Positions 1 through 10,672 of a stretch of DNA of 64,000 bases are shown here, one piece after another. Where the stretch lies: positions 1,524 through 65,523 of the forward strand of contig CAWDLA010000008.1 of the NCBI GenBank assembly GCA_963802975.1, in the 5' to 3' direction. Each line of letters opens with the position of its first letter. Position 1 is the first letter of the stretch. The notes beneath the pieces are model-generated. The model was not told the origin of the DNA and made no database searches. It was given only the letters and a program-made list of their open reading frames with translations. Made by a program: the position numbers and the translations under genes. The DNA comes from an uncultured Gammaproteobacteria bacterium. GTDB lineage: Bacteria; Pseudomonadota; Gammaproteobacteria; Chromatiales; Chromatiaceae.

Positions 1-2817
1 CGCGCGCGCGCGAAGATGATCCCACTTCTGCAAAAGCGACGGTCTCTCTTCGGCCCAACGTTCCTTGAAAATGTTCACCAACTGCTCTCTGGTTTTCGGA
101 TCAAAGGCCCAGGTCGTGTGGATATTCGACGACCGCTCGGGTTTCAGGTCGATCTGAACGATCGCGATCCGATCGCCGTACACCGTCTCGAGCATATCAA
201 ACATGGTCCTGTGCAGGTATTGTCCTATCGGTGCCTGATCTCCAATGGTGACCCGGAGGCTAAGGTAAGTTTTCTCCGGTGCCCCGTACTCCGCCATTCT
301 GCTCGCATCAATCAATATCAACAGAACCCCACGCTTGCGCAGCTCTCGCTTTTTGTTCACAAGCAATCTGAACAAGGGCCACATACCGGAGTTGCTGAGG
401 GCCCCGCCGTCGGTTAGATGCACCCGCCGTTCCTCGCATTCCTTCCACTCCGGCCCCGTGCACCGAGATTGCCAGTCCGGCTGCAGAAACAGCGGGCGAC
501 GAGCTTGGACTGCGACCAAGGGAAAACCGAATGGAAAATTCGCCGACACCCGAACCGACGTAGAGAGCAAAGGATCGAAAGACTCGCCCAGCAGATCCTC
601 CAGGGCATAGATGCCGTCACGGTAGAAGACCCAGGTAGCATCAGGGCGGGCGTAGAGATTTTTGTCCGGATTGCGCGACTGCGCCGCAAAATCCGACGGC
701 GTATATTGCTCCTTCGGCAGCGGAGTGATCACCAGGTCGTGGCCGTCCAGCGTGGACGTGTTGACCAGAGGCATCGGAAACGGAACCCTTGCGTCCGCTC
801 CCTTCTCGACCTCCCTCCCCCATGCCGCGGCGAGATCGCTGAGACAAATGTCCCCGAGGGCCATGCCCTGGGAATCCTGTCGCGCGAAGCCCGACTCGAC
901 GCGCGGTTCTTCAATGGTGCGCGTGCAGCCGCGAACGAGCTTGCCGAGGCCCTGCCAAGTCTTCTCGATGGAGTCCCCCCTGCTCAGAAATGGATTCAGC
1001 GCTCCGTGCAGTACCGGGAGCATAAAGTCTCCGCTCACGGCTTGCGTGAGCGCCTCAGCGATGGGCCTCCCGTTCAGCTTCGACATCCGCCGGGCGACAT
1101 AGCCGGCATTCGCGAGGCTGCCCCCGGATACACTGCTGATCATCTGCAGCGCCTCGCTCAGCGGACACCTGCGGGACTCACCGCCGCACGCCACTTCCAA
1201 ACCGTCGAGCATCTCCAGGGTCAGCGCCGTGTATAGAGCGGCCCTGGAGCCTCCGCCCGAGGCCGCCATAACAACAACGGGCTCGTCTCCAGGCATAGGC
1301 CAGGTGAGATTCGACCGCCAGTCTTGCGCTACCCCGGGTTCGCGCCACACGCCTCGCTCGCTGGTGACCCACAGGAGCGATGTCATGAGCACGAGCACAG
1401 CAAATCCGATGGCGAGCGTGCGCCGCAACGGGCGATCGCGCCTGCGGCGATAAGAAAGGAAGAACCAAATGGTCCAAACCAAAAAGGCGACAACAAAGAA
1501 CGCGTATCCCCACCCGAGGAGCAGCGCTCCTGCGCCGATTGCCGCGAAAAATAACCAATACCGCCGAATCGCTTTTGACTCAAAAAAATCCCAAAAGTCA
1601 ATCAAGCGGGCCGCAAGGACCAGAAAATAGAGAACCGCAACGACCCCGAAGACCGTCAAGTAGGTCGAATCCCACTTACCCGCGGATACGCCCGCACTGA
1701 GCGCAATTGCGCCGCCAATCCAAAGCACGAGATAATAGAGCCGAAATATCCGCCCTCGCACGAGTACTTTCAGGATGTCTTGCGGTCTTGCTTTTAACCC
1801 GCCAGAAACCTCGGATGATGCCTCCCGGTCCGGCACAGCGGGTGCCGTGGCCGACGGCGCGGTGTCCCGCGTCTGCGACGAATCCGGCCAGCGCTGAAAA
1901 AACCGGCGGGGCGCGCGGGCAAACCGACTTCGGTGCGCCGAGCCACCTGCGTCCCAAGCGGGGATCTGTTCATTGCGCCCGTATCGCAGCAGCCGCCACC
2001 CGTCGGTAAGCAAGAACGGAAGAAGACCGAGGGCGAAAGGGATGAGCGCCAGGGCTCCCATGTTAAAAATCAGACTGCTTACCGCCTCGACCTTGAAAAC
2101 CACGAAAAGCCCGACGGCGAGCGTCAGGAGCAATGCGAAGTGTTTCGCTGCCCACATGGGCAAGGTGCGGAGCCTCTGGACGGGAGACCAGAGCCACCTC
2201 GGACGCTCGTACCTCTTCCTCGCGAGGACGTGGACGGGTGAGGTGATCCCTTCGGCAACCAGAAAACCTTTAACCGTGTCACGGGCTGATCGCCAATCCT
2301 CGTCGCCGGCTCGTGCCGGGAGCCGCTCCGATACGCGCCGTACTTGCTCCCACAGCTCGAGTTCTTCCCGGCAATGTGCAAGGTACAGCAGGTCCCGGTT
2401 GACGAGACGGTGGTCTAGACTGTTGTTGAAATCGAGCTTTTCCCTCTCCTTGACGACCTGCTCGCGCCAAGTCTCCACCTTTCCAGCTTCCCGTAACTCC
2501 GTCAGCGAGAGAACGGAATCCAGATTCGCCGCCTGCGACAAGTCTGCGAGCAGGACGTCGATCGTGGCTGCCAGCTCGTCGGCCCCCGTTACCTCTTTCT
2601 CCAGATCGCCGATCTTCTTGCGCGCGAATTCCCGATAGCTCCTGATGACCTCATTGACACCCTCTTTCTTGGCAGGCCGGCAAAGCTCGAGAAAAAACAT
2701 CATCTGCTGCGCTCGATCCCTCGCCCGCCTGATAAAAAACCGGTGCGCATCCAGCGCCTTATCGACTCTCTCCGCAACATCCGCCCCATAGACGACTTCA
2801 GGTTCCTGCGGTGCCAT
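1..2817 (-). CDS. Multi-pass membrane protein with C-terminal patatin-like phospholipase domain (>=939 aa, 3' end off-window; absent from ORF track)
   Basis: Manual translation from ATG 2817 (GAGGT RBS upstream); no stop seen to base 1. Motifs VVMAASGGGSRAA, ISSVSGGS and HLTDGG follow several hydrophobic helices. Confidence 0.85.
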   Translation of the reverse strand, partial: MAPQEPEVVYGADVAERVDKALDAHRFFIRRARDRAQQMMFFLELCRPAKKEGVNEVIRSYREFARKKIGDLEKEVTGADELAATIDVLLADLSQAANLDSVLSLTELREAGKVETWREQVVKEREKLDFNNSLDHRLVNRDLLYLAHCREELELWEQVRRVSERLPARAGDEDWRSARDTVKGFLVAEGITSPVHVLARKRYERPRWLWSPVQRLRTLPMWAAKHFALLLTLAVGLFVVFKVEAVSSLIFNMGALALIPFALGLLPFLLTDGWRLLRYGRNEQIPAWDAGGSAHRSRFARAPRRFFQRWPDSSQTRDTAPSATAPAVPDREASSEVSGGLKARPQDILKVLVRGRIFRLYYLVLWIGGAIALSAGVSAGKWDSTYLTVFGVVAVLYFLVLAARLIDFWDFFESKAIRRYWLFFAAIGAGALLLGWGYAFFVVAFLVWTIWFFLSYRRRRDRPLRRTLAIGFAVLVLMTSLLWVTSERGVWREPGVAQDWRSNLTWPMPGDEPVVVMAASGGGSRAALYTALTLEMLDGLEVACGGESRRCPLSEALQMISSVSGGSLANAGYVARRMSKLNGRPIAEALTQAVSGDFMLPVLHGALNPFLSRGDSIEKTWQGLGKLVRGCTRTIEEPRVESGFARQDSQGMALGDICLSDLAAAWGREVEKGADARVPFPMPLVNTSTLDGHDLVITPLPKEQYTPSDFAAQSRNPDKNLYARPDATWVFYRDGIYALEDLLGESFDPLLSTSVRVSANFPFGFPLVAVQARRPLFLQPDWQSRCTGPEWKECEERRVHLTDGGALSNSGMWPLFRLLVNKKRELRKRGVLLILIDASRMAEYGAPEKTYLSLRVTIGDQAPIGQYLHRTMFDMLETVYGDRIAIVQIDLKPERSSNIHTTWAFDPKTREQLVNIFKERWAEERPSLLQKWDHLRARA

Positions 2818-3143
2818 CTGAGTACCTCGTCAACAGTGAAAACGCCAGATCTCTGCGTGTTCCCTCCGCACCTATGCGGCCCGGCTAGCTCGCTCCTCCG
2901 CTGTGTTTTCAGGTACCGCTCGACTCCGGCGTGCATGCCTGAAAACACAAAAAAAGCATAGCACTTGAATCCGGTCCGTCTCGGCAGCAGAACCAGGCCG
3001 ACGGTCCCGCGGGGCGGACTTTTCTCCCTGGTACAACGTTCTTTTTCGTCCCGCGGCGTTTATTTCCTCCAACCAAAGCACTAGTTTATACGGCCGAATC
3101 GGACACTTCAGTCGGCATCCATCCGGCGTTTGGAGAAGAAAAG

Positions 3144-3695
3144 GTGTGGCGTAACACAGAGCAATCGTATGGATTGGTAGCGGTGATCATCCACTGGGTG
3201 ATGGCCCTGGCGATTGCCGGACTCTTCGGCCTGGGCCTCTGGATGGTAGACCTCACCTATTACGACGCCTGGTACAAGCGAGCCCCGGAGGTGCACAAAG
3301 GCATCGGGATACTCTTGTTCCCAACGCTCTTGTTCCGTCTGCTCTGGCGGGCCTTGAACCCGAAGCCCCGCCCAGATCCAGATCTTTCCACCTTTGAGCG
3401 CATTGCATCCAAGGCCGCCCACTTCGCCCTATATCTGCTGCTGTTCGCGGTGATGCTGAGCGGTTACTTGATCTCCACCGCCGACGGCAGGCCGATCAAC
3501 GTCTTCGGTCTATTCGAGGCACCCGCGACCATCGCCGGACTGCCCAACCAGGCGGACCTGGCCGGTCGAGTTCACTTGATCCTGGCCATCACCCTGGTTT
3601 CACTGGCGGGAGTGCATGCCCTCGCCGCCCTCAAACACCATTTCGTCGACCGTGATCGAACGCTGACACGCATGCTCGGTCGGCAACCGTCCTGA
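3144..3695 (+). CDS. yceJ: Cytochrome b561 (YceJ-like)
   Basis: 4 TM helices with His ligands (IIHW, VHKGIG, AAHFALY, LKHHF); directly upstream of YceI. Confidence 0.9.
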   Translation: MWRNTEQSYGLVAVIIHWVMALAIAGLFGLGLWMVDLTYYDAWYKRAPEVHKGIGILLFPTLLFRLLWRALNPKPRPDPDLSTFERIASKAAHFALYLLLFAVMLSGYLISTADGRPINVFGLFEAPATIAGLPNQADLAGRVHLILAITLVSLAGVHALAALKHHFVDRDRTLTRMLGRQPS

Positions 3696-3727
3696 TCATC
3701 ACACCATCCCTTATGAGGAAATGAGAA

Positions 3728-4306
3728 ATGAAGCTCCAAGCCATCACCGCCCTGACGCTTGCTTTCGCCCTGCTCTCCCCCGCCCACGCGGCGAAGGAGA
3801 AGTACCTGATCGACACCGAGGGGTCCCACGCCTTCGTTCAGTTCCGCATTCAGCACCTCGGCTACAGCTGGCTCTACGGCCGCTTCAACGATTTCGGCGG
3901 CAGCTTCACCTACGATGAGCAGGACCCGAGCGCTTCCAGCGTCGAGGTCGTCATCGAGACAGCGAGCATCGACTCCAACCACGCCGAGCGCGACAAGCAC
4001 CTACGCGGGAAAGATTTTCTGGAGGTAGACCAGCACCCACAGGCGCGCTTCAAGAGCACTTTTTACAAAGAGACGGGCAGTAACGAGGCGACCCTGGAGG
4101 GAGAGCTGACACTTCACGGCGTGACCAAGCCGGTGACCCTCGACGTGCGCAAGATCGGCGCCGGCCCCGATCCCTGGGGCGGATACAGGCGCGGCTTCGA
4201 GGGCACCACGACGATCAAGCTCGCCGACTTCGGCATAACGAAGGACCTTGGTCCCGCTTCTCAAAAGGTGGAACTGACCTTGTCAGTGGAGGGCATCCGC
4301 CAGTGA
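3728..4306 (+). CDS. yceI: YceI family periplasmic polyisoprenoid-binding protein
   Basis: Signal peptide; HLGYSWLYGRF, SIDSNHAERDKHL, DPWGGYRRGF. Confidence 0.95.
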   Translation: MKLQAITALTLAFALLSPAHAAKEKYLIDTEGSHAFVQFRIQHLGYSWLYGRFNDFGGSFTYDEQDPSASSVEVVIETASIDSNHAERDKHLRGKDFLEVDQHPQARFKSTFYKETGSNEATLEGELTLHGVTKPVTLDVRKIGAGPDPWGGYRRGFEGTTTIKLADFGITKDLGPASQKVELTLSVEGIRQ

Positions 4307-4374
4307 TTGCGTGGGACCGCCAACCCGAATGCGGGCTTCTTCCCGACAGGGGGACGAAGACTCGCACTGAACGA

Positions 4375-6612
4375 TCACACTAGCTCCGCATCCGAGCGGA
4401 CCTCCACCAGGCTCGGCCCCTCGTGGGCCAGAGCGCGGGCGAGGATCCCGTCCAGCTCGGCCTTGTCGCCCACGGCTAGTCCCAGGACACCGCACAGCTC
4501 GGCAAGCTTGGCGAAGTCAGGATTGTGCAGCGAGGTCTGCCACACCTCCCAGTTTCCCGCCCGCTGCTCCTTGCTGATCTTTCCGAGCTCTTTGTTGTTG
4601 AGCAGGACATGGGTGATATTCATGCCGTACTTCACCAGGGTGGTGAGCTCTCCCAGATACTGCCCCAGCCCACCGTCGCCGGAGACCGAGACCACCTTGC
4701 GGCCGCGCAAGCGCGGATCATCCTCCTGCGTAGCCGCCCAGGCGCCCATGGCCGCCGGTAGGGCAAAGCCGATAGAACCCAGATAGCCGGACATCAGGAC
4801 CGTTTGGCGGGCACATTCGAAGTAGCGCCCGAACGAGTAGGTGTTGTTGCCCACGTCCACCGCGATGATGGCGTCCTCCGGGACCTGCCTGGTCAAAGCG
4901 GCGAAAATGGCGGCGGAATTCAGCCCCATCCCACGCTCGTCCAGCTCCCTGCGGCGCTTCTCCTCACGCCAGATGGCCCAGCGTCCGGCCAGGTCACCGC
5001 GCTGGTCCTCCGCTTCGGTCCCACCCGCGAGATGCCCCGTCAGAATGGCGCAGGTAACGCCGATCTCCCCCAACAGGGGTACGTCCACGGCGTGAAACTT
5101 ACCGAGGGTCATGGCATCGAAGTCCACCTGGATAGTGGGCTTCTTGGGGGAAATCCCGGTGTGATTGCTGAAGCTCGCGCCCAACACCAGCAGGCAGTCG
5201 GACTCGTTCATCGCCCAGCTCGCGACGGGGGTGCCGCTACGCCCCAACACGCCGCCCGCCAAAGGATGCGAGTCCGGGATTTGGCCCTTAGCCTTGAAGG
5301 TGGTGATGACCGGCGCACCGAGCAACTCGGCCAGCGCCGTTACGCCATCCATCGCGAATCGCGCCCCATGGCCGACGATGATGACCGGCCTCTTGGACCT
5401 GGTTAGCAGCGAGAGCGCCTTTGCCACGGACTCGGCGGGCGGCGAAACAGCCAGCGGCGCGACCCGCCCTTGTGGACCGCCGGCCTCGGCACCCTCTGTC
5501 GCGGGCATCTTGGGCACCTCATCGGGAAAGATAAGGTGGGATACGCCCCGGTTGAGAATGGCGCTCTTGCAGGCCAGGTTCACCAGCTCCGCGTGTCTGC
5601 TGTTGGGCAGGGCCGGCTGGGCCCACTGGGCGACCTTGCCGAAGGCGGCCATCAGATCCAGCTCCTGGAAGGCCCCCGGACCCAGGACCTGCGACTCGAC
5701 CTGGCCGGTCATGGCGATCAGTGGTGCCCGGTCCACGTTGGCGTCCCACAGCCCGGTCAGCAGATTGGTGGCACCAGGCCCGGCGATGGACAGGCAGGCT
5801 GCGGGGCGGCCGGTGAGCTTGCCGTAGGCCGAGCAGGCGAAGGAAGCGGCGCCCTCGTGCCGAATGCCGTAGTAGCTCAGCCTGCCCTCCCCCTCCAGGA
5901 TGCGCAGGGCGTCCGCCACCCCCAGGTTGGAGTGGCCGACCATGCCGAAGACCTGCTTTACACCCCAGTTGGCCAGGGTCTCCATCATCAGGTCGCCGAC
6001 GGTCCGGGTGTGGCCTTTCGCCGACGGCAGACCGACGTAGACCCCGTCCTCGCGCACCTCGACCTCGAAGGTCTCAACCCCGTCGTCATATCCCGGGGCC
6101 TTGCCGGTGAGGGGGTCGAAATCCCAGCCGTGCCAGGGACAGCGCAGCAAGCCGTTCTCGATGGACCCTTCTCCCAGGGGGCCGCCCTGGTGGGGACAGG
6201 CGTTATCCAGGGCCCCGTACTCGCCGTTGAAGCGGGTCATGCACAGGGTTTGGCCTTCGCATGCAGCGGTCTTGACCCTCCCCTCCGGCAGCTCGTCCTT
6301 CTCCATGACCTTGTGCCATTGGAGCTTACCCCCCACTTGCGCAGGTGCCGCACCCGCCTCCAGGTCGTCGGCGGTAATCGTGCTGTGCGCACCGTCGCAG
6401 AACGGGGGGTTGTGCGTGCGCTTGCACATGCACAAAGCCGCTTGACGGTCTTCGTCCACGGAGAACGCGAGGGGCTCCGTACCCGTCCCTTGGTGAGAGC
6501 CGTCACAATAGGGTTGCCCCTTGGAGAGACCGCAACGGCAGAACCAATACTGCTTGCCGGCCTGCAGCTCGACCAGGACGGGCTTGGTATCCGCAATCTT
6601 CGGGGTGGTCAT
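4375..6612 (-). CDS. TPP-dependent enzyme (pyruvate oxidase/ALS-like) fused to two CDGSH and one Rieske [2Fe-2S] domains
   Basis: CRCGLSKGQPYCDGSH, CMCKRTHNPPFCDGAH, CPHQG..CPWHGW, RHEGAA, GDGG..NN; ATG 6612 with GGAGG RBS. Confidence 0.85.
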   Translation of the reverse strand: MTTPKIADTKPVLVELQAGKQYWFCRCGLSKGQPYCDGSHQGTGTEPLAFSVDEDRQAALCMCKRTHNPPFCDGAHSTITADDLEAGAAPAQVGGKLQWHKVMEKDELPEGRVKTAACEGQTLCMTRFNGEYGALDNACPHQGGPLGEGSIENGLLRCPWHGWDFDPLTGKAPGYDDGVETFEVEVREDGVYVGLPSAKGHTRTVGDLMMETLANWGVKQVFGMVGHSNLGVADALRILEGEGRLSYYGIRHEGAASFACSAYGKLTGRPAACLSIAGPGATNLLTGLWDANVDRAPLIAMTGQVESQVLGPGAFQELDLMAAFGKVAQWAQPALPNSRHAELVNLACKSAILNRGVSHLIFPDEVPKMPATEGAEAGGPQGRVAPLAVSPPAESVAKALSLLTRSKRPVIIVGHGARFAMDGVTALAELLGAPVITTFKAKGQIPDSHPLAGGVLGRSGTPVASWAMNESDCLLVLGASFSNHTGISPKKPTIQVDFDAMTLGKFHAVDVPLLGEIGVTCAILTGHLAGGTEAEDQRGDLAGRWAIWREEKRRRELDERGMGLNSAAIFAALTRQVPEDAIIAVDVGNNTYSFGRYFECARQTVLMSGYLGSIGFALPAAMGAWAATQEDDPRLRGRKVVSVSGDGGLGQYLGELTTLVKYGMNITHVLLNNKELGKISKEQRAGNWEVWQTSLHNPDFAKLAELCGVLGLAVGDKAELDGILARALAHEGPSLVEVRSDAELV

Positions 6613-6803
6613 GCTCGCGGCCTCCTGCTGGTTCTTGTTAGCGGTTGACATCCACGATCACACGCCCGCGCACCTGTTCGGCGATGATCTTCTCGGCCGC
6701 GTCCGAACGCCGAGTTTTTCAAAAAGACGCCCCGCCAGACGCCCTTACTCCGGATGCGGTCATCCCGGCTGGGATGGCCGGGACCTGGGATGGCAGCGCC
6801 TCC

Positions 6804-6968
6804 AGGAGGCTGTCTGACTTGCGCGTCTATAGCGAGGGACCGCCGGCCTGAGACCGAATTTTCCCGCGTTCGAGGCGAATAGCCTGCCCTATTTATTGAG
6901 ATCGCGGGATAAATCGGGCCGGCATCCGCGATTCCGCAGTAGAACAGTCGTAAGTCAGACAGGTTCCT
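6804..6968. mobile_element. Putative 165-bp MITE with terminal inverted repeats
   Basis: AGGAGGCTGTCTGACTT ... AAGTCAGACAGGTTCCT; right end recurs at 34138-34169 and 55179-55212. Confidence 0.6.
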
Positions 6969-7037
6969 GGGGGCAACATATCATGAACCGGGTGTTGCTT
7001 CGGCATCCTGACTGAGCGGTTATCGGCGATTTCTTGC

Positions 7038-8048
7038 TCAATCGATCAGCAGCACCTTGGCACCCCGGACGGGTCCGCGCTTGAGCTCCACCAGGGCAAG
7101 ATTCGCCTCTTCCAGGCGGTAGGTCCGAACCTTCGGCCGCAGCGGGATGGCCGCCGCTATGGGGAGGAATTCCGCGATGTCCCGGTGGGTCACATTGGCC
7201 ACCGACTTGATCTCCTTCTCCAGCCACAGGTGATCGTGATAGCTGACCCGCATGAGATAGTCCTTGTCATGGTCTTCCTTGCGGATGGCATTGATCACCA
7301 GACGGCCACCGGGCCGCAAGTTGGCCAGGGCCTCCACCACCGGCTTCCAAGCAGGCGTCGTATCGATGATTGCTTGCAGGGGGATGGGGGAACGCTCTGA
7401 GGTATCGCCCGCCCAGACCGCCCCCAGCTCCAGGGCGAAGGCGCGCGCTTCGGGATCGCGGGCGAACACATAGATCTCGGATTTCGGACACAGGTGAAGG
7501 CTGAGCTGCAGCACCAGGTGGGCGGAGCCGCCGAACCCGGTCAGCCCCAGGGGCTGCCCGTCCTCGATCCCGGCGAGCCGCAAAGAGCGGTAGCCCACGC
7601 CGCCCGCACACAGCAGGGGCGCTGCCTCTGAATCAGAGAATACATCCGGAATCGGATACGCGTAGGCCTGGGGAACCGTCATGTACTCGGCGTAGCCGCC
7701 ATTTACGTCTCGGCCGGTGGCCCTGAATCCGGAACTCAGGTTCTCGTCGGGGGCCCCCGACGAGGAATGGATCCAGCCGACCCCTACCCGCTCGCCGACC
7801 GCAAACCTCTGCGCCCCTGCGCCGAGTTTGTCCACACGCCCGATCACCTCGTGGCCCGGCACGACGGGCAGCCGGGGCGGGGCCGTGCGCCCCTCGATTT
7901 CATCCAGCTCCGTGTGGCATACGCCGCAGGCACTGACCTTGATGCGGATCTCCCCGGGCTCGGGCTCGGGAGCCGGGAGCTCCACCGCAGCCAACGGGTC
8001 CTCTTCGTGCATCAGGGAAACAACCCGGTCGATGACCATCGCCTTCAT
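7038..8048 (-). CDS. Zinc-binding alcohol dehydrogenase family protein
   Basis: GVCHTELD, PGHEVIG, LLCAG, GFGGSA; probable start MKAMVID at 8048. Confidence 0.9.
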   Translation of the reverse strand: MKAMVIDRVVSLMHEEDPLAAVELPAPEPEPGEIRIKVSACGVCHTELDEIEGRTAPPRLPVVPGHEVIGRVDKLGAGAQRFAVGERVGVGWIHSSSGAPDENLSSGFRATGRDVNGGYAEYMTVPQAYAYPIPDVFSDSEAAPLLCAGGVGYRSLRLAGIEDGQPLGLTGFGGSAHLVLQLSLHLCPKSEIYVFARDPEARAFALELGAVWAGDTSERSPIPLQAIIDTTPAWKPVVEALANLRPGGRLVINAIRKEDHDKDYLMRVSYHDHLWLEKEIKSVANVTHRDIAEFLPIAAAIPLRPKVRTYRLEEANLALVELKRGPVRGAKVLLID

Positions 8049-8302
8049 GCTTGCCCGCCCTCCGACGACAACGCTGCCGGCTAAATTCGCGCCGTCCCAC
8101 GATTCTATCCGGCAATGCCGCTCCGCAAAAACAATCATGCTCGGGTAAACAAGACCGAATCACCCGGGCGACCGGAGCAACCCGTTGCAGATCTTCGCGC
8201 AATGAGTTTCACTGCCGGCTTCGGAATTAAACGCCCCGGACCATCTGGTTTCGTCCAGAGCAGGGACCGGGTCAGCTCCAGACAGGTTCACCGGAGAGCA
8301 CA

Positions 8303-10672
8303 ATGAGGTTCGCCTTCGCCGCGGCAGGACTGCTGCTTACCCTGGCCGGTTTAGCGGTGCTCACCACCTGTACGCAGCAGTCGAGCCCGGAATGGACGGA
8401 AGCGATACCGGGTACGCCCTATCCAGAAGAGGACTGGCGTTACATCCTGGTAGATGGCGACAAGGGCAAGTGGGGGGACTTCGACGAGCCGGAGTGGATG
8501 CGCTATTTCGGTCTGGCCGTCGGAGACCTGACGGGTGACGGTTATTTGGACATCGCCTCCGGACGGTACTTTTATCGCAACCCCGGTGGAGATATGACGG
8601 GCCGCTGGGAACGAAGGGACCTTGGCCGCAACCTCGATGCCATTCTGATCACGGACGTCGACGGTGACGCCCATCCGGATCTGATCGCACAGGCGCTTCC
8701 CGACATCTTCTGGATCGAATCCGAGGACGGCCTCGGGGATACCTGGAGCATTCGCAAGGTCGCCGAGGCCCCGAAAACGGGTCACGCCAACAGCCAGGGA
8801 TTCGCGGTGGGACAACTGGTGCCCGGCGGCAATCTCGAAATCGTACTCGCCAGCGGCAAAGGTATCTTCTATTACGAGATCCCGGACGACCCCGAGTCAG
8901 TCCGGTGGCCTAGGACCCTGGTGACCGAAAAGGCATCTGACGAGGGAATCGACGTCGCAGACATCGACGGCGACGGGCTGCCGGACATCGTCGCGGCAAA
9001 AGGAGCCAAGTACGTCGCCTGGTGGCGAAATCCCGGCGACGCCGCCGAGCCTTGGGTACGCAACATCATCGGCACGACCAAACCCTTCGACGCGGATCGG
9101 GTCGAGGCCGCCGATATCGATGGCGATGGAAAGACCGACATCGTAGTGACACAGGAGCGGGTCCCCGGGGATGAGCCCGACGCAAATCTGTACTGGTTTC
9201 GCCAACCGAAAGATCCGACTTCCGACAGCTGGCCGCGCCAGCGCCTGCTCACCGAGTACTCGCTCAACAACCTGGACGCCGCCGACATGGACGGCGACGG
9301 CGATATCGATCTGGTTACCGCCGAGCACAAGGGCCCCCTGCTCCGACTCCAGCTCCTCGAGAATAATGGACGGGGGGATTTCCTGATCCGCGAGATCGAC
9401 CGCGGCAAGGAAAGCCATTTGGGAACCCTGACGGCCGACATGGACGGCGACGGCGATCGGGACATCGTCAGCATCGCCTGGGACCGCTACCAAGACGTCC
9501 ACCTATGGCGCAACGACTGCCTCGATCCGCCCACACCTGTCTGCTGGAAGCAAGTCTCCAACCACTCGGAGGCCTTTGCACAGGCGGGGGTCGGCCCGCA
9601 ATCATCGGCACTCGTCGCCGACCTGGACAAGGACGGACGGGATGACTTCGTCATTGCCGGTTGGGACCGGAAAACCAGCATGGTTTGGTTTCGATCTACC
9701 CCGGACGGTCCGCAGCGCTACCTGATCGATGATCGCCAGAGTCATATCGAGGCGGGCGGCGACACTTTCGACATGGACGGCGACGGGGATCTGGACATCG
9801 TCCAGGGCGGGAGCTGGAACACCAACGAGGTCTGGTGGTGGGAGAACCCTTACCCGAAGCATGTCCCTAGCGAGCCATGGCCAAGGCACACAGTAAAGGA
9901 TTGGGGCGAGAACCAGCACCACGACCAGATCGTCGGGGATTTCGACGGCGACGGGGCCCCGGAGCTCGTGTTCTGGAATCAGCAGGCGCGCGCGCTCTTT
10001 CTCGCGGATGTCCCCGACAAACCCCGTGATCAGGCGCCATGGGAGCTGTTGGAGATCTGGTCCTGGCCACGCGGCGAGAACCACGAAGGCCTCGCAAAGG
10101 CCGACCTGGATCTTGACGGCAAAGACGACCTGATCGGCGGCGGCTATTGGTTCAAGCACATCCAGGGTAATGAGTTTCAAGCGCACCCCGTGGATCCGGA
10201 TTACGGCTTCTCCCGGTCGGCGGCGGGCGACCTGATCGAAGGTGGGCGCCCGGAGATCCTGCTCGGCTCTGGTGACGGCAAGGGGCCGTTGAACCTCTAC
10301 GAATGGCGCGATGATGGCTGGAGACGATCTACGCTCATCCCAGACCTGGACCATGGACACAGCCTCCAGATCGGAGATATCAATGGGGATGGATACCTTG
10401 ATATCTATACCGCCGAGATGCACACGCCCGGCCCGGCTTCCGCCTGCAGACAGTTTGTTCTCTATGGTGATGGACGGGGGAGATATAACCGGCAAGTCGT
10501 ATCGACCGCAATCGGATCACACGAGAGCAAGCTCGGCGATCTCGACGGCGACGGCGACCTGGATATCCTGCAGAAAGATTTCGAGAACGAGCGCCGCGTA
10601 GATATCTGGCTCAACCAAGGACCTACGGCAAGTGGATACCGGGCTCCGTCGTCCTGTGATGAACGCGGGTAG
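8303..10672 (+). CDS. Secreted FG-GAP/VCBS repeat protein
   Basis: Signal peptide; many DxDGDGxxD repeats in two tandem modules. Confidence 0.85.
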   Translation: MRFAFAAAGLLLTLAGLAVLTTCTQQSSPEWTEAIPGTPYPEEDWRYILVDGDKGKWGDFDEPEWMRYFGLAVGDLTGDGYLDIASGRYFYRNPGGDMTGRWERRDLGRNLDAILITDVDGDAHPDLIAQALPDIFWIESEDGLGDTWSIRKVAEAPKTGHANSQGFAVGQLVPGGNLEIVLASGKGIFYYEIPDDPESVRWPRTLVTEKASDEGIDVADIDGDGLPDIVAAKGAKYVAWWRNPGDAAEPWVRNIIGTTKPFDADRVEAADIDGDGKTDIVVTQERVPGDEPDANLYWFRQPKDPTSDSWPRQRLLTEYSLNNLDAADMDGDGDIDLVTAEHKGPLLRLQLLENNGRGDFLIREIDRGKESHLGTLTADMDGDGDRDIVSIAWDRYQDVHLWRNDCLDPPTPVCWKQVSNHSEAFAQAGVGPQSSALVADLDKDGRDDFVIAGWDRKTSMVWFRSTPDGPQRYLIDDRQSHIEAGGDTFDMDGDGDLDIVQGGSWNTNEVWWWENPYPKHVPSEPWPRHTVKDWGENQHHDQIVGDFDGDGAPELVFWNQQARALFLADVPDKPRDQAPWELLEIWSWPRGENHEGLAKADLDLDGKDDLIGGGYWFKHIQGNEFQAHPVDPDYGFSRSAAGDLIEGGRPEILLGSGDGKGPLNLYEWRDDGWRRSTLIPDLDHGHSLQIGDINGDGYLDIYTAEMHTPGPASACRQFVLYGDGRGRYNRQVVSTAIGSHESKLGDLDGDGDLDILQKDFENERRVDIWLNQGPTASGYRAPSSCDERG

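Noticed and set aside
16-2638. Plus-strand ORFs in 16-2638
   Set aside because: Shadows of the minus-strand patatin gene.
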